Positions 58,559 through 64,000 of a stretch of DNA of 64,000 bases are shown piece by piece; the first letter of the stretch is position 1; each line of letters starts with the position of its first letter. The stretch lies in assembly GCA_963708075.1 (NCBI GenBank), contig OY970194.1, forward strand, positions 160,001 to 224,000. Direction: 5' to 3'. The DNA comes from Sedimentisphaerales bacterium. GTDB lineage: Bacteria; Planctomycetota; Phycisphaerae; Sedimentisphaerales; Anaerobacaceae. The notes under the pieces were generated by a model. That model saw only the letters and a list, made by a program, of their open reading frames with translations. It was not told the DNA's origin and ran no database searches. Both the position numbers and the translations under genes were made by a program.

Positions 58559-60769
58559 ATGCCGAAAGTGTACAAGGATCGGATCCTCAAGTTCCTCAAG
58601 CACCCCGAGTACCGGCCGCTGAAGCTGGCGCAACTGGCCGAGTCTCTGGGCGTGGGTCCGGACGCCTACCCCCAGTTCAAGCAGGCGTTCGATGAGCTGC
58701 GACAGGCCGGGCACGTCATCATCGGAGCGGGAAACGTGATCACGCTGCCTGCCATGGCGGGTCAGGTGGTCGGCCGCTTCCGGGCCAACCCGAAGGGCTT
58801 TGGCTTCGTGATCCCCCTCGAGCCGAACGCGCACGGCGATCTGTTCGTTCCGCCGGATGACACGGGGGACGCCATGACCGGCGACACCGTGCTCGCGAGA
58901 GTCAAGCGAAAGGGCGGACGCGGCGCCGAGGCCCGCCACACCGGCGAAATCCTCAAGGTCCTGGAGAGAGCGAACAACCGGTTTGTCGGCACGCTGATGC
59001 GTCACCCCGAGGCGTGGGTGGTCCAGCCGGACGGCAGCAGTTTCATCGAGCCGATTGTTGTCGAGGATGTCACCGCCAAGAACGCCCGGGAAAAAGACAA
59101 GGTAATCGTCGAGATTCTCTCTTACCCGACGGGGCGGCACCCGGCCCGGGGCGTGATCATCGAGGTCCTCGGCCGGGCAGGGCACTATGATGCGGAGATC
59201 GAGTCGGTCATTCACCAGTACCATCTGCCGCAGGACTTCCCTCCCGAGTGCCTGGAGCAGGCGCGCCACGCGGCGGCAACCTTCGCGCCCGAGTTGCCTG
59301 ACGGCCGCGAGGACATCTCGAACAAGGTGATCGTCACGATCGATCCGCCCGAAGCCAAGGATTTCGACGACGCGATCAGCCTGGAGACGGATTCGCAGGG
59401 CCGCTGGGTCCTGGGCGTGCACATCGCGGACGTCAGTCACTTTGTCACGGCGGGCTCGCCGCTGGACGAGGAGGCTACGCTGCGGGGCAACAGCGCGTAC
59501 CTGCCGGGCCGGACGATCCCCATGCTGCCGGAGGTGCTCAGCAACGGCATTTGCAGCTTGCAGCCGGACCAGCCGCGATTCGTCAAGAGCGCGTACATGA
59601 CGTACGACGATCGCGGCGATGTCGTGTCACGCCGCTATGCGAACAGCATCATACGCTCCACGGCCCGGCTGACGTACGAGCAGGCGGATCGGATTCTCAA
59701 AGGCCACACCAAGGGCATGAAGCGGGAAGTGATTGAGCTGCTCCGCAATATGGAGTCGCTCAGCCGGCGGATCGAGGCCCGCCGCTATGAGCAGGGCATG
59801 CTGCACCTGGACCTGCCGGAGACGGAGCTTGTTTACGATGCATCCGGTCAGGTCGTCGACGCCCACCCGGCCGATGCCAGCTATCCTCATACGATCATCG
59901 AGATGTTCATGGTGGAGGCGAATGAGGCGGTGGCCTCGCTGCTGGATCGGCACAATGTCCCCTTCATGCGGCGGATTCATCCGGACCCGGATGCACTGAG
60001 CATGAAGAACCTTGCGAAGCTGCTGTACATCATGGGCCTGCCGATCCCCCGCAATCCCACGCGAAAAACGATCCAGGACCTGCTCGAATCGGTCCGGGGA
60101 ACCGATCGGTCGCTGGCCGTGAACATGGTTGTGCTGAGGAGTTTCGAGAGGGCCCAGTACGCGCCGCAGAACATCGGGCACTATGCCCTTGCTTCGAGGC
60201 ACTACTGTCACTTCACCAGCCCCATCCGCCGTTACGCCGACCTGCTCGTCCACAGGTTGCTGCAACGCCACTTGGAGGGCAGCATGGAAATCGCCAAACA
60301 GGAGACGGCGGGGCAGGACCTGGGCGAGGTGGGCGGGCATCTCACCTTCACCGAGCAACGCGCGGAGGATGCCGAGAAGGAACTGACCACGGTGCTGGTC
60401 CTTCAGATGCTCAGCAAGCGGATCGGCGAGGAACTGGACTGCGTCGTCACCGGGCTGACAGGGTTCGGCGTGTTCGCACAGTCGCAGAAATTCGGAATCG
60501 AAGGCTTGATCCGGCTGGAAGACCTCGGTCCGGACCACTGGCAGTATAATCAGAAGGCACAGTGCGTTATGGGACGGACCTCGGGCCAGGCCATCCGCCT
60601 GGGCCAGGCGATCCGGGTCCATGTCGCCTCGGTGAACGTGCCGGGCCGCCAACTGAACCTGATGCCGGTGGAGCCCCTCGGCGAAACCGGCCGCAAAACC
60701 CATCGGCAGGCTCGCAAAACGCGGAAGAGCAAACCCCGTGAAGGACGAAAACGCAAAGGTAGGCGATAG
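58559..60769 (+). CDS. rnr: Ribonuclease R
   Basis: GFGFV cold-shock domain, TIDP..AKDFDDA, HIADVS, HFTSPIRRY, S1 domain, basic tail. Confidence 0.95.
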   Translation: MPKVYKDRILKFLKHPEYRPLKLAQLAESLGVGPDAYPQFKQAFDELRQAGHVIIGAGNVITLPAMAGQVVGRFRANPKGFGFVIPLEPNAHGDLFVPPDDTGDAMTGDTVLARVKRKGGRGAEARHTGEILKVLERANNRFVGTLMRHPEAWVVQPDGSSFIEPIVVEDVTAKNAREKDKVIVEILSYPTGRHPARGVIIEVLGRAGHYDAEIESVIHQYHLPQDFPPECLEQARHAAATFAPELPDGREDISNKVIVTIDPPEAKDFDDAISLETDSQGRWVLGVHIADVSHFVTAGSPLDEEATLRGNSAYLPGRTIPMLPEVLSNGICSLQPDQPRFVKSAYMTYDDRGDVVSRRYANSIIRSTARLTYEQADRILKGHTKGMKREVIELLRNMESLSRRIEARRYEQGMLHLDLPETELVYDASGQVVDAHPADASYPHTIIEMFMVEANEAVASLLDRHNVPFMRRIHPDPDALSMKNLAKLLYIMGLPIPRNPTRKTIQDLLESVRGTDRSLAVNMVVLRSFERAQYAPQNIGHYALASRHYCHFTSPIRRYADLLVHRLLQRHLEGSMEIAKQETAGQDLGEVGGHLTFTEQRAEDAEKELTTVLVLQMLSKRIGEELDCVVTGLTGFGVFAQSQKFGIEGLIRLEDLGPDHWQYNQKAQCVMGRTSGQAIRLGQAIRVHVASVNVPGRQLNLMPVEPLGETGRKTHRQARKTRKSKPREGRKRKGRR

Positions 60770-60776
60770 GGCCAAG

Positions 60777-61103
60777 GGGTGCGGCCGACATTCGGTGGCG
60801 GGTTCCGATTCCACCGGACCCAAGAGCGCACCCTGGTCTTCTGTCGCCCCTGCGGGGCTTTGACATAGGATTGGCTATCGGCACCCACCGTTGAAACGGT
60901 GGGCTAGTGCCGATCGCCCCTGTGGGGCGGATGGGCTGACGCAGGAGGACTGGGGCGCAGTCGAAGCCCGCAGGGCGACAGAGAATAGCCCAGCGATTCA
61001 TCGCTGGGGAACCGGGGCCAAGGATAAAAACCAGTCCCGTAAGGGACGAAAGAGGGGCGATCCGCACACGGTGGCTACACGCCGCCACCGTATTCCGACC
61101 ACA
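60777..61103. repeat. Composite palindromic element, copy 3 (inverted)
   Basis: Reverse complement closely matches 48473-48866. Confidence 0.88.
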
Positions 61104-61216
61104 TCCGGGCCAAGATTCGCGGGCCCTCGGCAAAGGGCCATCTACGTGACTTCCATTGCTCGTCCCGCCGGACTCGTGTGCCAGGGACTCCCCCTTGAAT
61201 TCTATTGTAGTTCTAT

Positions 61217-61245
61217 TTGAACATTTGTATGACTTCTGGTATAAT
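61217..61245 (+). promoter_or_regulatory. sigma70 promoter
   Basis: TTGAAC, 17 nt, TATAAT with extended -10 TG. Confidence 0.6.
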
Positions 61246-61298
61246 GTGGGCTCTGTGGGAGGTCTGGGTAATGTTTGGTGACCCTGGAGGAGTATGAA

Positions 61299-63176
61299 AT
61301 GCGGCAGTGTCTGCCCGTGCTGCTGTCCTTGCTGGCTTGCTTTGTCCCTGTGCGGGCGGCGAGTCCGACCCGTTTCCCGTACTCTCATCTGGACGCTGCA
61401 AACGACATTCAAGCGAATTCCACGACCCTGACAGGGGTGATCCACGTGGATGACGACGCTCCGAATGATCCGGGGCCGGGCAACGTGGAGGTGAGTGACC
61501 CACAAGAGAATGGAACGCGTGAGCACCCATTTGACCGGATTCAGGAAGCGATTGAGGCCGCTGTGGATCGGGCGTCAATCTTCGTCCGCGCTGGGACCTA
61601 TCGCGAGACTATCGATCTGCTCGGCAAGCGCATTACGCTGACGGGATTCGATCCGAATGACCCGGGTGCCGCGGCATGGCCCGTGATTGATGGCGGCGGG
61701 GCTGGTCCGGTGGTGAGTTTCACCCACAGTGAAGATGCCAACTGCGTATTGTCCGGCTTTGTCATCACGGGGGGGCAGGACCAAACCGCCGGGGCAATCC
61801 TCTGTTCCGCCGGCAGTCCCACGATTGCCAACTGCCTGGTCGTGGGCAACCGCGCGACCCATCCGAAAGGGGCGGCGGTGTACTGCATGGACAGCGATCC
61901 GACGTTCGTAAACTGCACGATCAGCGGCAATCATGTGAGCGGTGAGAGCGCGACGATGCGATTCATTAACAGCCGGGCGGTTGTGGCCAACTCGATTGTC
62001 TGGGGCAACACGTCGGCGGCGATTCTGACCAGTGGCGATCGCCGGCCTCTGATTCGCTACAGCGCCGTGGCGGGCGGGTGGCAGGGGCCGGGCTGTATCG
62101 ACGCCGACCCCCTGTTTGCTCGTGCCGGCTATTGGGCGGTCCCCGGCCAACTCGATGTAATGGCTGGGCCGGATATTCCCGATGCCGTCTGGATCATGGG
62201 CGACTATCACCTGCGATCACAGATGGGCCGCTATGACCCCAAGCCAGGCAAGTGGGTTCCGGATCAGGAGACCAGCCCGTGTATCGATGCCGGCGATCCG
62301 TGCAGTCCGGTCGGCCCGGAGCCTTCTCCAAACGGCGGCCTCGTCAACATGGGGGTCTATGGAGGTACAACGGAGGCAAGCAAATCCTGGTCTGACGGCC
62401 CAGTTCATTTTCCGGACGCGAATCTGAAGGCGGCTGTGGAGCAGGAGTTGTGGATTCCCGACCCGACGCCGACGGACATGCTCGGCCTGACGCAGTTGGT
62501 CCGCCCCAACTCCTACATACGGGAGAACGCGGTTACGAACCTTGCCGGGCTTGAATATGCCGTCAATTTGCAGGAGTTGAACCTCCGATATCACGGTATT
62601 CGCGATATCTCCGCCCTGTCCGGACTGAGAAGTCTGCACACGGTGCTCCTCCTGGGCAACTACGTCCGCGATGTCTCCTCGCTGGCCGGGCTGAGCGATC
62701 TGCGAACGCTGGACCTTGAACAGAACGAGATCACCAGTATCGCGGTCCTGGCCCGACTGAGCAACCTGGAGTCCATCGGTCTTCACAGGAATTTCGTCAG
62801 CGACATCTCGCCGCTGTCGAACCTGACCCGTCTCCAGTGGGTCGATCTTCGGGCCATTCCCATGAATCAGGATGCCTACAGCACGTACCTGCCGCGGATT
62901 CAAGCGAACAATCCGGGTGTGACATTGCTCTACGACGCGTTCTTCACCGGCCGGCTGGTGGTCTCTTCCTCCGCCGGGGGATCGGTGATCCGCCCGGGCG
63001 TGGGCGCGTTCACCTACAGGTTCTACGAAGAAGTCGTGCTGGAAGCGGGAGCCGATCCCGGCTTTGAATTCGTCGGCTGGTCCGGCAGTTACTCCGCGAC
63101 GGAAAACCCCCTGTCACTGACAATGGACCAGGACTACGAGCTGCGGGCGAATTTCCAGCCTGACCCGAACCCATAG
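61299..63176 (+). CDS. Secreted protein: beta-helix + internalin-like LRR + C-terminal B-repeat-like domain
   Basis: Signal peptide; PFDRIQEAI, GTYRE, SPCIDAG, NMGVYGGT; FPDANL cap with LRRs; GFEFVGWSG; GGAGG RBS. Confidence 0.8.
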   Translation: MRQCLPVLLSLLACFVPVRAASPTRFPYSHLDAANDIQANSTTLTGVIHVDDDAPNDPGPGNVEVSDPQENGTREHPFDRIQEAIEAAVDRASIFVRAGTYRETIDLLGKRITLTGFDPNDPGAAAWPVIDGGGAGPVVSFTHSEDANCVLSGFVITGGQDQTAGAILCSAGSPTIANCLVVGNRATHPKGAAVYCMDSDPTFVNCTISGNHVSGESATMRFINSRAVVANSIVWGNTSAAILTSGDRRPLIRYSAVAGGWQGPGCIDADPLFARAGYWAVPGQLDVMAGPDIPDAVWIMGDYHLRSQMGRYDPKPGKWVPDQETSPCIDAGDPCSPVGPEPSPNGGLVNMGVYGGTTEASKSWSDGPVHFPDANLKAAVEQELWIPDPTPTDMLGLTQLVRPNSYIRENAVTNLAGLEYAVNLQELNLRYHGIRDISALSGLRSLHTVLLLGNYVRDVSSLAGLSDLRTLDLEQNEITSIAVLARLSNLESIGLHRNFVSDISPLSNLTRLQWVDLRAIPMNQDAYSTYLPRIQANNPGVTLLYDAFFTGRLVVSSSAGGSVIRPGVGAFTYRFYEEVVLEAGADPGFEFVGWSGSYSATENPLSLTMDQDYELRANFQPDPNP

Positions 63177-63255
63177 GGACAAGGTTGGTCGCGCCCCGGG
63201 TGCTCATTCTTCTCTGCGGTTGCAGAACTTCACCCAATCACACACGCTGGAGGCG

Positions 63256-64000
63256 TCACGGAGTGGGATATTTGACGGAGCAGCCGTAGGACTGGGTCTT
63301 CGGGGTGCTCACACGCTGGCCCGACGTCAACTCGGACAGGGCCTTGTCCACGTAGTTGACCTTGTCGCTGCCGTCGATCGTCTTGCCGTTCGGGGCGTTG
63401 TCGATCGCGCCGTCGTAAACCACGAAGCCGTCCTTGATGATAAAGATGTGGGGCGTCGTGATGGCGCCGTACTTGCGTCCCACATTGCCCGACCTGTCAT
63501 CGAGGATCGGGTACGGCAGCTTGTTCTTCTTGGCGAAGGCCCGGTTGGCTTCGGGGGTCGTCTGACTCGTGCCGTTGATGGCAAACCAGACGACGTTCTT
63601 GTCCTTGTATTTCCTGGCCAGCTCGATCATCGTAGCGGCCTTGTCGTAGTGATACTGCACGAAGGGACAGTCCAGATTGATCCATTCGAGGACGACGATG
63701 TTGCCTTTGTAGTCTGAGAGTTTCACCTTCCTGCCTTCAAAGCTGTTCAGCTCGAAGTCAGAGGCGCGTCGGCCCTGCGGAACCGCTCCCGGGGCGTTGC
63801 CGCCGCTCTCCTTGAGCGCCTTTTGCATCTGTTGCTGCTGCAACTCCAGTTGCTGCAGCTTCTCCTGGTAGTTCTGCTGTTGTCTGCTGATAAGCTTGTC
63901 GATCTGAGTGGCGGTCTCTTTGGCGTTCTCCTTGACCGCTGCCGCCCGGATCGTGCGCAAGTCCGCGATCAGGTCCTGATGAGCGGCCCTCAGGTCCTCC
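63256..64000 (-). CDS. Redoxin (AhpC/TSA-like thioredoxin fold) with an N-terminal coiled coil, 5'-truncated by window edge
   Basis: DFEL..G.KVKLSDYKG, WINLDCPFV, TTPHIF, YDGAID, YGCSVKY; frame open to base 64000. Confidence 0.85.
   Translation of the reverse strand, partial: EDLRAAHQDLIADLRTIRAAAVKENAKETATQIDKLISRQQQNYQEKLQQLELQQQQMQKALKESGGNAPGAVPQGRRASDFELNSFEGRKVKLSDYKGNIVVLEWINLDCPFVQYHYDKAATMIELARKYKDKNVVWFAINGTSQTTPEANRAFAKKNKLPYPILDDRSGNVGRKYGAITTPHIFIIKDGFVVYDGAIDNAPNGKTIDGSDKVNYVDKALSELTSGQRVSTPKTQSYGCSVKYPTP

Noticed and set aside
60567..61298. ORFs spanning the composite repeat elements (also 48099-48900 and 55180-55897)
   Set aside because: Open frames arise from GC-rich palindromic repeats, and the frame is not conserved between copies

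Overview
GC-rich bacterial chromosomal window, probably an anaerobic planctomycete (Phycisphaerae/Sedimentisphaerales-like; inferred from gene families only). Main blocks: (i) ArnT-type glycosyltransferase, SAM methyltransferase, GH5 hydrolase, fumarase beta subunit, ychF, Zn-dehydrogenase, cinA; (ii) a 14-kb type IV pilus/type II secretion cluster (two PilB/GspE ATPases, PilT, PilC, six prepilin-like genes, a large PilX/GspK-like gene); (iii) suhB-like, DUF2752, serA, phosphohexomutase; (iv) an acetate module (ADP-forming acyl-CoA synthetase, CoA-transferase-GNAT fusion, AcuC deacetylase, OFA transporter, acs); (v) radical SAM, apbE, GLUG-repeat protein and an rseC-rnfCDGEAB operon; (vi) M48 peptidase, glyA, a repeat-rich accessory region at 51.9-55.85 kb, TPR protein, rpsT, rnr, a secreted beta-helix/LRR protein and a partial redoxin. 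The most unusual element is a ~700-bp non-coding array of 11 copies of TTGGCTTTGTTTC with irregular spacers that carry REP-like hairpins, directly downstream (minus strand) of a consensus sigma54 promoter. It may be a sponge-like ncRNA or an uncharacterised repeat-array system. Four genes (cinA, pilT, rnfC, TPR) carry six single-base frameshifts that look like sequencing indels. No tRNA, rRNA or cas genes were seen. All family assignments come from motif recognition by eye, not database searches.
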